The notes under the pieces were generated by a model. The model worked only from the letters and a program-made list of their open reading frames with translations. It was not told where the DNA came from and ran no database searches. From positions 12,167-76,166 of the forward strand of contig CAIQWB010000102.1 of assembly GCA_903875465.1 (NCBI GenBank): a stretch of DNA of 64,000 bases, given 5' to 3'. Positions 9,942 through 20,098 of the stretch are shown piece after piece. The position numbers and the translations under genes are program-made. Each line of letters starts with the position of its first letter. The stretch's first letter is position 1. Origin of the DNA: an uncultured Verrucomicrobia subdivision 3 bacterium (GTDB lineage: Bacteria > Verrucomicrobiota > Verrucomicrobiia > Limisphaerales > UBA11358).

Positions 9942-10895
9942 CTAAATTTTGCCCGAGGTGATCCAGGCGGCAAAGCGCTCGATGCCGCTTTCGATCTTCA
10001 CTTGGGGATCGTAGCCGAGCATTTTGCGGGCCTTGTCGATATTGGCGTAAGTGAGATGCACATCGCCAGGTTGCAGCGGCTGGCGGTCGATAATGGCTTT
10101 TTTGCCCAAGGCCGCTTCGAGCAGCTCGATCATGCGGCTCAGGGTCACCACTTGGGATTCACCGAGGTTGAACACTTCAAACCCCAGTTCCCGCTGGGTG
10201 CAGGCCAGAATGCCGTCCACGGTGTCGGTGACAAAGGTATAATCACGCGCAGCGCTGCCATCGCCAAAGACGGGGATGGGTTTGCCGGCGAGAATGAGTT
10301 TGGCGAATTTATAAATGGCCAGATCGGGTCGCTGGCGGGGGCCGTAAACGGTGAAAAAGCGGAGCATGGCAATATCCATGCCATACAGATGATGCCAGAC
10401 ATGGCCCAAGGATTCGCAGGCCAGTTTGCTGGCCGCGTAAGGAGACACGGGCGTGCTCACCACATCCGCCTCGGAAAACGGCGAGCGGGAGTTCAATCCA
10501 TACACTGAGGAGGAGGAAGCAATGGTGACTTTCTTAACACCGTGGGTGCGGGCGGCTTCAAGGACATTGACAGTGCCTTCCACGTTCACCCGCTGGTAAA
10601 GCGCAGGATCGATCAGGCTGGGACGCACCCCGGCCCGGGCAGCGAGATGGATGACCTGGTCAAAGCGAACGCTGGAGAACAGGTCGTCCAAGGCGGCGCG
10701 ATCCGTGATGTCGCCGTGGCAGAACTCAAAGGGCTTCGCCAGGGCCTGCAGATCACGGAGATTGTTGCGCTTAAATTGCGGGTCGTAAAAATTATTCAGG
10801 TCGTCAAACGCCCAAACCGAATGACCTTGCTGCAACAGGCGCTCGCTAAGATGTGAGCCGATGAAACCGGCACCACCGGTGATCAAAAAATTCAT
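9942..10895 (-). CDS. NAD-dependent nucleotide-sugar epimerase/dehydratase (UDP-glucuronate 4-epimerase-like)
   Basis: MNFLITGGAGFIGSHL Rossmann motif and YAASKLACE (YxxxK) catalytic motif. Confidence 0.88.
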   Translation of the reverse strand: MNFLITGGAGFIGSHLSERLLQQGHSVWAFDDLNNFYDPQFKRNNLRDLQALAKPFEFCHGDITDRAALDDLFSSVRFDQVIHLAARAGVRPSLIDPALYQRVNVEGTVNVLEAARTHGVKKVTIASSSSVYGLNSRSPFSEADVVSTPVSPYAASKLACESLGHVWHHLYGMDIAMLRFFTVYGPRQRPDLAIYKFAKLILAGKPIPVFGDGSAARDYTFVTDTVDGILACTQRELGFEVFNLGESQVVTLSRMIELLEAALGKKAIIDRQPLQPGDVHLTYANIDKARKMLGYDPQVKIESGIERFAAWITSGKI

Positions 10896-10944
10896 GGGGT
10901 CATGGTAGCGATGAGGGAGCGAATTGTCCAGCCGGGGATGCGGT

Positions 10945-11979
10945 TCACATGCCGTTCAGGACATCCACCATGGCCCGCAACCGGCCATAACCCCGGCGAT
11001 TAAAATGGAAGGCGATGCGCGCCAGTTCCAAGTGGTCGCCATCCTCGATTTCCTCCGCGCTGGGCGGCACTACTGCAATCCGGCCTTCGGTCACCAATTC
11101 GGCGAAATCATCATTCAAGGCGGCAATGGCGGATTCGGAGGGTGCGTTTTTGAGGCGGATGACGAGTTGGTCCTGGACGAAGCGGGTGGAATGGTAATTA
11201 CGATGAAAGCGAGTGATGATGCGCACGGCTTCATCGGTGCTGTCCGTGATTTGGTATAAATTCAAGTCCTCGGGCGAGATGAGTTTGTCGCGCAGCAAAT
11301 GTTCGCGCACGTGCTTGTCCCAGGTTTTCCAAAACGTGCCGCCGGGGCGGTCAATTAGCACCAAAGGCATCAACTGGCATTTGCCGGTTTGCATGAGGGT
11401 GATGGTTTCGTATCCCTCATCCATGGTGCCGAACCCGCCGGGAAACAGCGCAATGGCGTCGGAATGCCGGACGAACGTGATTTTGCGGGTGAAAAAGTAT
11501 TTGAAAGTGACCAGCTTGGGGTCTTCGGCGATGATGGGGTTGGCGTTCTGTTCCCAAGGCAGGCGGATATTCGCGCCGAAGCTGTGCTCCAGGCCGGCAC
11601 CCTCGTGGCCGGCCTGCATGATGCCTGGCCCGGCCCCGGTGATGACCATGTAACCCGCCGCCACAATCTTGCGGCCAAATTCCACGGCCTGCTGGTATTC
11701 CAGCTTGTCCGGCTTGGTGCGGGCGGAACCGAAAATGGTGACCTTGCGTTTTTCGTGGTAGGGGGCAAACAGGCGGAAGGCGTAGCGCAATTCGCGGAGG
11801 GCGGTTTGAATCACCTTCACGTCGCCCTTGTCCTGAACGTCGGCCATCAGCTTCAGGGCGTTCTCAATGATGTCAGCGACCTCATTTTCGTTGTAGCCGC
11901 CCCCTTTGAACTGGATTAACTCGCGGATTTTGGCGTCCAGCACTGGATCACTGGAGATTTTTGGCTTCGGTGTTTTCAT
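10945..11979 (-). CDS. LOG-family (TIGR00730-type) nucleotide phosphoribohydrolase, long form
   Basis: GAGPGIMQAGHEGA and PGGFGTMDE motifs. Confidence 0.8.
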   Translation of the reverse strand: MKTPKPKISSDPVLDAKIRELIQFKGGGYNENEVADIIENALKLMADVQDKGDVKVIQTALRELRYAFRLFAPYHEKRKVTIFGSARTKPDKLEYQQAVEFGRKIVAAGYMVITGAGPGIMQAGHEGAGLEHSFGANIRLPWEQNANPIIAEDPKLVTFKYFFTRKITFVRHSDAIALFPGGFGTMDEGYETITLMQTGKCQLMPLVLIDRPGGTFWKTWDKHVREHLLRDKLISPEDLNLYQITDSTDEAVRIITRFHRNYHSTRFVQDQLVIRLKNAPSESAIAALNDDFAELVTEGRIAVVPPSAEEIEDGDHLELARIAFHFNRRGYGRLRAMVDVLNGM

Positions 11980-12089
11980 GGATTACCATTTAACCTTTCA
12001 CCCAGCATAGCGGGCATGGGTATTTATGCAACCGTCATGCGGAGGTTTGGCAAGTCACATTTTCAGCCAGCCATATTCTCACGCTTGCG

Positions 12090-14072
12090 TTATTGCTTCC
12101 CTTTCACCAGGGCCTCCACCACGGAGGAATCCGCCAGCGTGGTGATGTCCCCAATCTGGTCGGTTTGGTTCTCGGCGATTTTACGGAGGATGCGGCGCAT
12201 GATTTTGCCGGAGCGGGTTTTGGGGAGGCCGGGGGCGAATTGGATTTTGTCGGGCACGGCGATGGCGCCGATTTCCTTGCGCACGTGCAGCGCCAGTTCT
12301 TTCTTCAGTTCATCACTCTCGGCAATGCCGTCCTTGAGGGTCACAAAGGCGTACAGAGCCTGGCCTTTGATGTCGTGGGGCATCGGGGCGACCGCCGCTT
12401 CGGCGACTTTGGGGTGGCTGACCAGGGCGCTTTCCACTTCCGCGGTGCCGATGCGGTGGCCGGACACGTTGACGACGTCGTCCACGCGGCCCAGCAACCA
12501 GTGGTCGCGGTCCGCGTCCACGCGGCAACCGTCGCCGGTGAAGTACATGTTTTTGTAGGTGGCAAAGTAGGTGTTGACGAAACGGTCATGATCGCCCCAG
12601 GTGGTGCGCATGATGCCGGGCCAGGGCTTTTTGATGCAGAGTTTGCCGCCCTCGTTGGGATTGCACTCGGTGCCGTCATCGCGCAGGACGACCGGCTCCA
12701 CACCGAAGAAGGGGCGGCCGGCACTGCCGGGTTTCAGGGTGTGCGCCCCCGGGAGGTGGGTGAGGAGATGGCCGCCGGTTTCGGTTTGCCACCAGGTATC
12801 CACAATCGGACAGTGGGAATGGCCGATGACGCGGTAATACCACATCCAGGCCTCGGGGTTGATGGGCTCGCCCACCGTGCCCAGCACCCGCAGGGAACTT
12901 AAATCGTATTTCGCCGGCCATTCGTCGCCCAGCCGGATGAGGGCGCGGATGGCGGTGGGCGCGGTGTAAAAGGAGTTGACCTTGAATTTCTCCACGATTT
13001 TCCAGAAGCGGCCGGCGTCGGGATAGGTTGGCACGCCTTCAAACATCAACGTGGTGCCGCCGTTGCAGAGCGGGCCATAAACCACATAGCTGTGCCCGGT
13101 GACCCAGCCGATGTCGGCGGTGCAGAAGTACACGTCGTTTTCGTGAATATCAAAGACGTATTTCTGGGTGAGGGCGGTCCAGAGCAGGTAACCTGCGGTG
13201 CTGTGGACGACCCCCTTGGGTTTGCCAGTGGAGCCCGAGGTGTAGAGGATGAAGAGGTAATCCTCGGCGTTCATAACGGTGGGGGGGCACATGGGCGAGG
13301 CCACGCACATCAGCTCGTGGTACCATGCGTCCCGGCCGGCCACGACGTTGCAGGGCTCCTGGTTGCGCTTCACCACCACGACTTTTTCGATGCTGGGGGT
13401 GTGTTTGAGCGCCTCATCCGCCAGGGTTTTGAGCGGCAGGCTCTTGCCCGCCCGGAGGGAGACATTCGCGGTAATGAGCAATTTGCAGGCGGAATCGTTG
13501 ATGCGGCCAGCCAGGGAATCCGAGCTGAACCCCCCAAACACCACGGAATGGATGGCCCCGATGCGCGCGCAACCCAGCATGGCCACAGCCGCCTCGGGGA
13601 TCATGGGCATGTAAATGGCCACGCGATCGCCTTTCTGGATGCCCAGGGATTTGAGGACATTGGCAAACTGGCACACTTCGGCGTGCAATTCGGCGTAAGT
13701 TATTCTTTTAACTTCCTCCTCCGGCTCGCCCTGCCAGATAATGGCCACCTGATCCCGGCGCGGGGTAGTCAGGTGCCGGTCCAGACAATTGACGGTGAGA
13801 TTGAGCTGGCCGTCGGCGAACCATTCGGTCTGGATTTTACGGGCGTCGGTATCCCAGTCATAGGCGCGCGCTTGCGTGGGCGGCTTGAACCAGGTCAATG
13901 ATTGCGCCTGTTCCAGCCAGAAGGACTCGGGTTCGTTGATGGAGCGGGCGTAGAGGGCATCGTAGGTGGCTGCATCCAGGAGTGCGTGCTGGATCACCTC
14001 CGGCGACGGGGGGAAGGTGCGGGTTTCCTGGAGCAAAGAATCGGTGGAAATCGTCGGATTGGGCGTGGTCAT
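12090..14072 (-). CDS. acs: Acetyl-CoA synthetase
   Basis: 660 aa. [15 protein letters not shown]-binding motif, TWWQTETGG, and C-terminal [18 protein letters not shown]. Confidence 0.97.
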   Translation of the reverse strand: MTTPNPTISTDSLLQETRTFPPSPEVIQHALLDAATYDALYARSINEPESFWLEQAQSLTWFKPPTQARAYDWDTDARKIQTEWFADGQLNLTVNCLDRHLTTPRRDQVAIIWQGEPEEEVKRITYAELHAEVCQFANVLKSLGIQKGDRVAIYMPMIPEAAVAMLGCARIGAIHSVVFGGFSSDSLAGRINDSACKLLITANVSLRAGKSLPLKTLADEALKHTPSIEKVVVVKRNQEPCNVVAGRDAWYHELMCVASPMCPPTVMNAEDYLFILYTSGSTGKPKGVVHSTAGYLLWTALTQKYVFDIHENDVYFCTADIGWVTGHSYVVYGPLCNGGTTLMFEGVPTYPDAGRFWKIVEKFKVNSFYTAPTAIRALIRLGDEWPAKYDLSSLRVLGTVGEPINPEAWMWYYRVIGHSHCPIVDTWWQTETGGHLLTHLPGAHTLKPGSAGRPFFGVEPVVLRDDGTECNPNEGGKLCIKKPWPGIMRTTWGDHDRFVNTYFATYKNMYFTGDGCRVDADRDHWLLGRVDDVVNVSGHRIGTAEVESALVSHPKVAEAAVAPMPHDIKGQALYAFVTLKDGIAESDELKKELALHVRKEIGAIAVPDKIQFAPGLPKTRSGKIMRRILRKIAENQTDQIGDITTLADSSVVEALVKGKQ

Positions 14073-14170
14073 GGCATTAGATTTCTTTCATTTGGGCAAA
14101 ACTAAATGCGCTTGTCAATCGCGCGGAGGTTGACAAAGGCGTTTTTCTGCGCAAGTTTTCCTCCCGTCAA

Positions 14171-16972
14171 ATGGGTAAAGCATTAATTATCGCGGAAAAG
14201 CCGTCGGTCGCCAGCGACATCGCGAAGGCCATCGGCAAGTTTGAGAAACATGATGATCACTTCGAGAATGACCAGTATGTCATCACCTCGGCGGTGGGCC
14301 ATCTGCTGGAACTGTGCATACCGGAGCAGTTTGAGGTGAAGCGGGGCAAGTGGACCTTCGCCAACCTGCCGGTGATTCCGCCGCATTTTGATTTGCGCCC
14401 CATTGAGAAAAGCGAGCCGCGGCTCAAGTCGGTGATGAAGCTCATCAAGCGCAAAGACATCACCTCGCTGGTCAATGCGTGCGACGCCGGGCGCGAAGGG
14501 GAGCTGATTTTTCGTTATATAATCCAGTACGCCAAGTCCGAAAAGCCGATCCAACGGCTCTGGCTCCAGTCGATGACCGCCGCCGCGATTCGGGATGGCT
14601 TTGCCCAGTTGCGCACGGACGCCTCGATGATTCCCCTGGCGGATGCGGCCGTCTGCCGCAGCGAGTCCGACTGGCTGGTGGGCATTAACGGCACGCGGGC
14701 GATGACCGCCTTCAATTCCAAGACTGGCGGATTTCACCTGACCACCGTTGGCCGGGTGCAAACGCCCACGCTGGCCATTTTAGTGGAACGTGAGGAAAAA
14801 ATTAAAAAATTCGTCTCCCGTGATTATTGGGAGGTGCATGGCACTTTTGCCGCCCAGGCCGGGGAATATCCGGGGCGGTGGTTTGATGAAAAATTTGTCC
14901 GGTCGGAGACGGATGAACATCTCCGGGCGGAACGGTTATGGGATCGGGCGCAGGCGCAAGCGCTGCATAACAAATGCCTGGGCAAGCCCGGGATGGTGAC
15001 GGAAGAAAGCAAGCCGACGACCTCGATGTCGCCCTTGCTTTATGATTTGACGAGTTTGCAGCGGGAGGCCAACGGGCGGTTTGGCTTTTCGGCCAAGAAC
15101 ACGCTGGGGCTGGCGCAGGCGTTGTACGAAAAGCACAAGGTGCTGACTTATCCCAGAACGGACTCCCGGGCCTTGCCGGAGGACTACATTGAGACGGTCA
15201 AAAAGACGCTGGGCATGTTGTCGGACACGCATTACAGCGGGTTTGCCGAGCAGATTTTGAAGGCCGGCTGGGTGCGGCCCAACAAGCGCATCTTTAACAA
15301 TGCGAAAATTTCGGACCATTTCGCGATCATTCCCACGCTGGTGTCGCCCAAGCATCTGAGCGAGCCGGAGCAGAAACTATACGATCTGGTCACGAAGCGT
15401 TTCCTGGCGATTTTCTATCCACCGGCGGAATTTTTGGTCACCACCCGCATTACGCGGGTGGAGGGTGAACCTTTCAAGAGCGAGGGCAAGGTCATGGTCA
15501 ACGCCGGGTGGCTGGCGGTTTACGGCAAGGAGGCGGAGTCGGATGACACGCCCAGCCTGGTGCCGGTGAAGCCCAACGAGGTGGTGAAGACGGCGAAAAT
15601 CGAAGTGGCAGCCAGCCAGACCAAGCCGCCGGCGCGGTATTCGGAAGCCACCTTGCTCTCGGCCATGGAAGGGGCCGGGAAATTAATCGAGGACGAGGAA
15701 TTGCGCGAGGCCATGAGCGAAAAAGGGCTCGGCACCCCCGCGACCCGGGCGCAGATCATTGAAGGCCTGATCTGGGAAAAATACGTGCACCGGAACGGGC
15801 GGGAGTTGCAGCCCACAGCGAAGGCTTTTTCGCTGATCACACTGTTGCGCGGACTGGATATTCCCGCCTTATGTTCGCCGGAGTTGACGGGCGATTGGGA
15901 ATTTAAATTGAACCAGATGTCCCGGGGCAAGTTGCGCCGGATGGACTTCATGCAGGAGATTGCCGAAGCCACCCGGGACATGGTGGCCAAGGCCAAGCGC
16001 TATGAGAGTGACACCATCCCCGGGGACTTTGGGACACTGACCGTTCCGTGCCCCAAGTGCGGTGGGGAGATTCACGAGAATTACAAAAAATTCCAGTGCC
16101 AGAAATGTGACTTTTCATTGTGGAAAATTGTGGCCGGCCGGCAATTGGAGATTCCGGAAATCGAGGAATTGCTGACCAAGGGCTCAGTGGGGCCCTTGCA
16201 GGGATTCCGCAGTGCCAAGGGGTTTCCGTTTGCGGCCGTCATCAAGATGGGCGCGGAGTTCAAGCCGGAATTTGATTTCGGCAACGACCAGAACAAGGAA
16301 GGCGAGGCCACCGCGGCGGTGGATTTTACCGGCAAGGAACCGCTCGGCAAATGTCCCAAGTGCGGGGCGCAGGTGTTCGACGCGGGCATGAATTACTTGT
16401 GCGAAAAAGCCACCGGTCTGGACAAAACCTGCATGTTCCGCTCGGGTAAAATCATTTTGCAGCAGACTATTGAGCCGGCGCAGATCACCAAGTTGCTGGC
16501 CACGGGCAAGACCGATTTGCTGCGTAATTTCGTCTCCAAGAAGACCAACCGCAAGTTCGAGGCATTCCTGATCTTGAAGGATGGCGAAACCAAATTTGAG
16601 TTTGCCCCCCGGGAGAAGAAAGGGAAGGGAGCCGCGAAGAATGGCACCCCGGCCGAGCCACTACCCAAGGTGGATTTCACTGGCAAGGTGTCGCTGGGCA
16701 AATGCCCGAAATGCGGCAGTCCGGTGTTTGACACCGAACAGGGTTATATCTGCGAAAAATCGCAACTCGACGCCCGGGCATGCAAATTCAAAATCAACCG
16801 GGAGATTGCGCAACAGGCCATTGAACCCGGCCAGGTACAAAAGCTGCTCAAGGACCGAAAATCTGATTTGCTGGACAAGTTCATCTCGCGTGCGGGCAAG
16901 CCGTTCCCGGCGTACTTGATCATGGATGACAAGGGCAAAATCACCTTTGATTTTCCGCCTCGGGAGGAGTAG
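14171..16972 (+). CDS. topB: DNA topoisomerase III with three C-terminal zinc-ribbon/Topo_C repeats
   Basis: MGKALIIAEKPSVASDIAKAIG is a TopB-type N-terminus with a TOPRIM/type IA core. C-terminus repeats CPKCG...C..C three times. Confidence 0.88.
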   Translation: MGKALIIAEKPSVASDIAKAIGKFEKHDDHFENDQYVITSAVGHLLELCIPEQFEVKRGKWTFANLPVIPPHFDLRPIEKSEPRLKSVMKLIKRKDITSLVNACDAGREGELIFRYIIQYAKSEKPIQRLWLQSMTAAAIRDGFAQLRTDASMIPLADAAVCRSESDWLVGINGTRAMTAFNSKTGGFHLTTVGRVQTPTLAILVEREEKIKKFVSRDYWEVHGTFAAQAGEYPGRWFDEKFVRSETDEHLRAERLWDRAQAQALHNKCLGKPGMVTEESKPTTSMSPLLYDLTSLQREANGRFGFSAKNTLGLAQALYEKHKVLTYPRTDSRALPEDYIETVKKTLGMLSDTHYSGFAEQILKAGWVRPNKRIFNNAKISDHFAIIPTLVSPKHLSEPEQKLYDLVTKRFLAIFYPPAEFLVTTRITRVEGEPFKSEGKVMVNAGWLAVYGKEAESDDTPSLVPVKPNEVVKTAKIEVAASQTKPPARYSEATLLSAMEGAGKLIEDEELREAMSEKGLGTPATRAQIIEGLIWEKYVHRNGRELQPTAKAFSLITLLRGLDIPALCSPELTGDWEFKLNQMSRGKLRRMDFMQEIAEATRDMVAKAKRYESDTIPGDFGTLTVPCPKCGGEIHENYKKFQCQKCDFSLWKIVAGRQLEIPEIEELLTKGSVGPLQGFRSAKGFPFAAVIKMGAEFKPEFDFGNDQNKEGEATAAVDFTGKEPLGKCPKCGAQVFDAGMNYLCEKATGLDKTCMFRSGKIILQQTIEPAQITKLLATGKTDLLRNFVSKKTNRKFEAFLILKDGETKFEFAPREKKGKGAAKNGTPAEPLPKVDFTGKVSLGKCPKCGSPVFDTEQGYICEKSQLDARACKFKINREIAQQAIEPGQVQKLLKDRKSDLLDKFISRAGKPFPAYLIMDDKGKITFDFPPREE

Positions 16973-17758
16973 GTGGAACTCCATTTTAAACAATACGGTC
17001 AGGGCACGCCGCTCCTCATCCTGCATGGGTTGTTTGGCGGCTCGGATAACTGGCACGGCATCGCCACGCGGCTGGCGGACCAGTTTCATGTGGTCGTTCC
17101 GGATTTGCGCAACCATGGGCAGTCGCCCCACAGTGACGAGATAAATTATTCCGTCATGGCGGGCGATGTGGCCGAACTGCTCGCCGCCCAGGGTTGGGCC
17201 TCAGCGAACATTCTTGGGCACTCGATGGGCGGCAAGGTGGCCATGCAGTTGGCGGTGACCCGGCCGGACTTGGTGCAACAATTGATTGTGGCGGATATTT
17301 CGCCCCGCGGTTACACCCCGTTGCACAACGACATCATTGCCGCGCTGACCGCCCTGGATGTGGCCTCCTTTACGTCCCGGATGGAAATTGAGGAGGTTCT
17401 GGCCGGTCCGATTCCCTCCCTGAACTTGCGGCGGTTTCTCCTGAAAAATTTGGGCCGGGCTGCCGATGGCACGTTTGAATGGAAAATCAACCTGCCGGCC
17501 CTGGCCCGGCGCTATCCGCTGTTGCGGGCGGCGGTCACTGGACCGCACCGTTATGCGGGGCCAGTGATGTTTATTCGGGGAGCCAAGTCGGATTATATCC
17601 AGGCAGCCGGGGAGCCGGCGATTAAGGAATTATTTCCGCAGGCCAGCATTGCCACCATCGAAGGGACCGGTCACTGGGTGCAAGCGGAGGCCCCGGAAGA
17701 GTTTACCCGGCTGGTCCGGGAATTTCTCGGGGGCGGGGCACGCGACACTGGCGCTTAA
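16973..17758 (+). CDS. Alpha/beta hydrolase (YbfF-like esterase)
   Basis: GTG start immediately after the topB stop. HGLFG oxyanion region, GHSMGG nucleophile elbow, and C-terminal GHW. Confidence 0.82.
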   Translation: MELHFKQYGQGTPLLILHGLFGGSDNWHGIATRLADQFHVVVPDLRNHGQSPHSDEINYSVMAGDVAELLAAQGWASANILGHSMGGKVAMQLAVTRPDLVQQLIVADISPRGYTPLHNDIIAALTALDVASFTSRMEIEEVLAGPIPSLNLRRFLLKNLGRAADGTFEWKINLPALARRYPLLRAAVTGPHRYAGPVMFIRGAKSDYIQAAGEPAIKELFPQASIATIEGTGHWVQAEAPEEFTRLVREFLGGGARDTGA

Positions 17759-18285
17759 TAGACCACAATCGAGCGCGTGGGCACGCCCGGGATTTTGGAG
17801 CGACCGTCCAGGAATTTCAACTCGATCAGGAAGCGGACTTCCAAAATGTGGGCGCCGAGCTGGTTCATGAGCGCGATGGCGGCGGCGGACGTGCCCCCTG
17901 TGGCCAGCAGATCGTCTACCAACAGCACGCGAGCTCCGGGTTTGATGGCGTCCACGTGCATGGCCACCGTGTTGGTGCCGTATTCGAGATCGTAGCTCTG
18001 TTCGATGGTTTTGAACGGCAGTTTGCCCACTTTCCGCACGGGTACGAAGCCGGCCTTTAATTTGAGCGCGGCCGCGGCGGCGAAGATGAAGCCACGGGCA
18101 TCAATGCCCACAATCGCATCCACCGACCCAGGGGCGTAATTCTCGGTTAAAAGGTCAATGGCCCCCGCAAACAGTCGCGCATCCGCCAGCACAGGGGTGA
18201 TGTCCTTAAACTGAATGCCCGGCTTGGGAAAGTCGGGGACATTACGAATGGCCTGTTCAATTTCCAGGGCGGTGACGGTGGACAT
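17755..18285 (-). CDS. apt: Adenine phosphoribosyltransferase
   Basis: 176 aa. PKPGIQFKDITP and the VLLVDDLLATGGT PRPP-binding motif. Confidence 0.95.
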   Translation of the reverse strand: MSTVTALEIEQAIRNVPDFPKPGIQFKDITPVLADARLFAGAIDLLTENYAPGSVDAIVGIDARGFIFAAAAALKLKAGFVPVRKVGKLPFKTIEQSYDLEYGTNTVAMHVDAIKPGARVLLVDDLLATGGTSAAAIALMNQLGAHILEVRFLIELKFLDGRSKIPGVPTRSIVVY

Positions 18286-18337
18286 AGGAGTCAGTTAAAA
18301 GGAAATAGTTGGTTGATTAATGGTTTAAACCGGCAAC

Positions 18338-19405
18338 TCAAAGCTCTTTTTTATTGGCCTCGAGTTTCTCAATCATTTTGCGCAGCTTGCGCAGGGCGAG
18401 GTTTTGAATCTGGCGGACACGTTCGCGGGTGACGCCGAATTTGGCACCGACGTCTTCAAGGGTGCGTTCGGAGCTGCCATCCAGGCCGAAGCGGTAGCTC
18501 AGGATGGTGGCTTCGCGGGGGGCGAGATGCTTGACCATGTCCTGCAACATGTCGATGACGGTCTTGTCTTCCAGGTTGGTGTAAGGCGAATGGGCGTTTT
18601 CGTCCTCAACCACGTCGGCAAAGAGGTTGGAGTCGTCGTCGCCGATGGGTGCGTCTAGAGAGGTGGGACGCTGCGAGGCCTGGCGCATCTGCGTGACCCG
18701 CGCCACGGTAATGCCCAGTTCGCCGGCGAGTTCCTCGTCGGTGGGTTCGCGGCCGAATTCCTCGGTGAGCTTCATTGAGAGCCGGCGCATCTTGGAAATT
18801 TTATCAACCAGATGCACGGGCAGGCGGATGGTCTTGGACTGGTTGGCGAGGGCGCGTTTGATGGATTGTTTGATCCACCAGGAGCCGTAGGTGGACAGTT
18901 TCCCGCCCTTGGTGGGATCAAAGCGCTCGACGGCTTTCATCAGACCGATATTGCCTTCACTAATCAAATCGAGGAGGGGGAGGCCGATGCCTTCATAATC
19001 GCGGGCAATCTTGACCACGAGGCGGAGATTGGCCTTGATCATCAGTTCGCGGGCCTTTTTATCGCCCTTCTTGATCCGGGCGGCAAGTTCGATTTCCTCC
19101 TCGGGGGTCAATAATTTGACCTGGCCGATTTCGCGGAGGTACAGCTTGATGGCGGTATCGCCATCATAGCGGCTGGATTCGCGGCGGATGAAGGTGGTGG
19201 TATCGCCTTCGACCGGCTTTTCGGGCAAGGGCGTTTCGGGGTCGGGCGGAAAGCCGACAATGGGAACAGGCTTGGCAACGTCGGCTGGGGCAACCGGAAC
19301 AGCCGGCAGCGCGGGGGCGGCGTCCGCTTCAAATTCCACAGATTGGGAAAGTTTGACTGATCGCCGTTTAATGATTTGGGTATCGCTTTGTTTTTTCGCC
19401 GCCAT
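18338..19405 (-). CDS. rpoD: Primary RNA polymerase sigma-70 factor
   Basis: Regions 2-4 are intact (NLRLVVKIA, DLISEGNIGLMKAVERFD, TIRLPVH, TLEDVGAKFGVTRERVRQI). Start set at ATG 19405 (MAAKKQSD...) rather than 19468. Confidence 0.93.
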   Translation of the reverse strand: MAAKKQSDTQIIKRRSVKLSQSVEFEADAAPALPAVPVAPADVAKPVPIVGFPPDPETPLPEKPVEGDTTTFIRRESSRYDGDTAIKLYLREIGQVKLLTPEEEIELAARIKKGDKKARELMIKANLRLVVKIARDYEGIGLPLLDLISEGNIGLMKAVERFDPTKGGKLSTYGSWWIKQSIKRALANQSKTIRLPVHLVDKISKMRRLSMKLTEEFGREPTDEELAGELGITVARVTQMRQASQRPTSLDAPIGDDDSNLFADVVEDENAHSPYTNLEDKTVIDMLQDMVKHLAPREATILSYRFGLDGSSERTLEDVGAKFGVTRERVRQIQNLALRKLRKMIEKLEANKKEL

Positions 19406-19533
19406 AGCTACTGCCAGCATTAAGGGAGCGGCCCAGCGCGGCAAGCAAATTTGTACAATTATGGGCAAAATCGGGGTTGGTGGAAATTCCAGGTTTTTTT
19501 CGGGGATTTGAGGAACTGCGGGAAACTTGAAGA

Positions 19534-19581
19534 TGGTTGTTTGGTTAATCCGTTAATTGGTTATTTGGTTAAATGGTTAAA
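19534..19581. repeat. Six tandem 8-bp units: TGGTTGTT TGGTTAAT CCGTTAAT TGGTTATT TGGTTAAA TGGTTAAA
   Basis: Read directly from the sequence. Lies about 130-175 bp upstream of the rpoD start on the opposite strand. Confidence 0.8.
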
Positions 19582-20098
19582 ATATTGTCAATCAAAAGGT
19601 TGCGGAAAATTTATAGCCGTTTGAGGCCGGTTGGGCGGCGCGGACACCCGGTTTGGGGGCGGTTATGTCAAAGAGCAGCGCCGGCGATGGTGCGCGGCGG
19701 TCTGGCGGCCTCGTGGCCAGGCCAGGAGGGGTGCGACCCGAAAGTCTTTTCTACTCATAAATATAGCATAAAAATGCGGGCGGTCAATTGGGAATTTAAA
19801 GCGGGGAAAGTTTTAACCGTGGAGGGGCGCACTGGCGCGGCCACTTGATGGGGAGAAGGGAACGTATAAAGCAGCAGGAAAAACCAAGCGCCGGGGAACG
19901 GTTTAGCCAAATAATTTGAACCTTGGACAAACGGCGGGGGATTGATATATGAATGGATATCAACGCGAGGATTGGCGAAGCCTGGCTGGGTAAAGGCTCC
20001 GGGATCCAGCGGGAACCGGGGAAAGCCGGGAACAAAGTCAACGGGGGCGCGGTTACCGCCAAGCCAACCGAGGCGCAACACATTAAATCAACGCAAGC

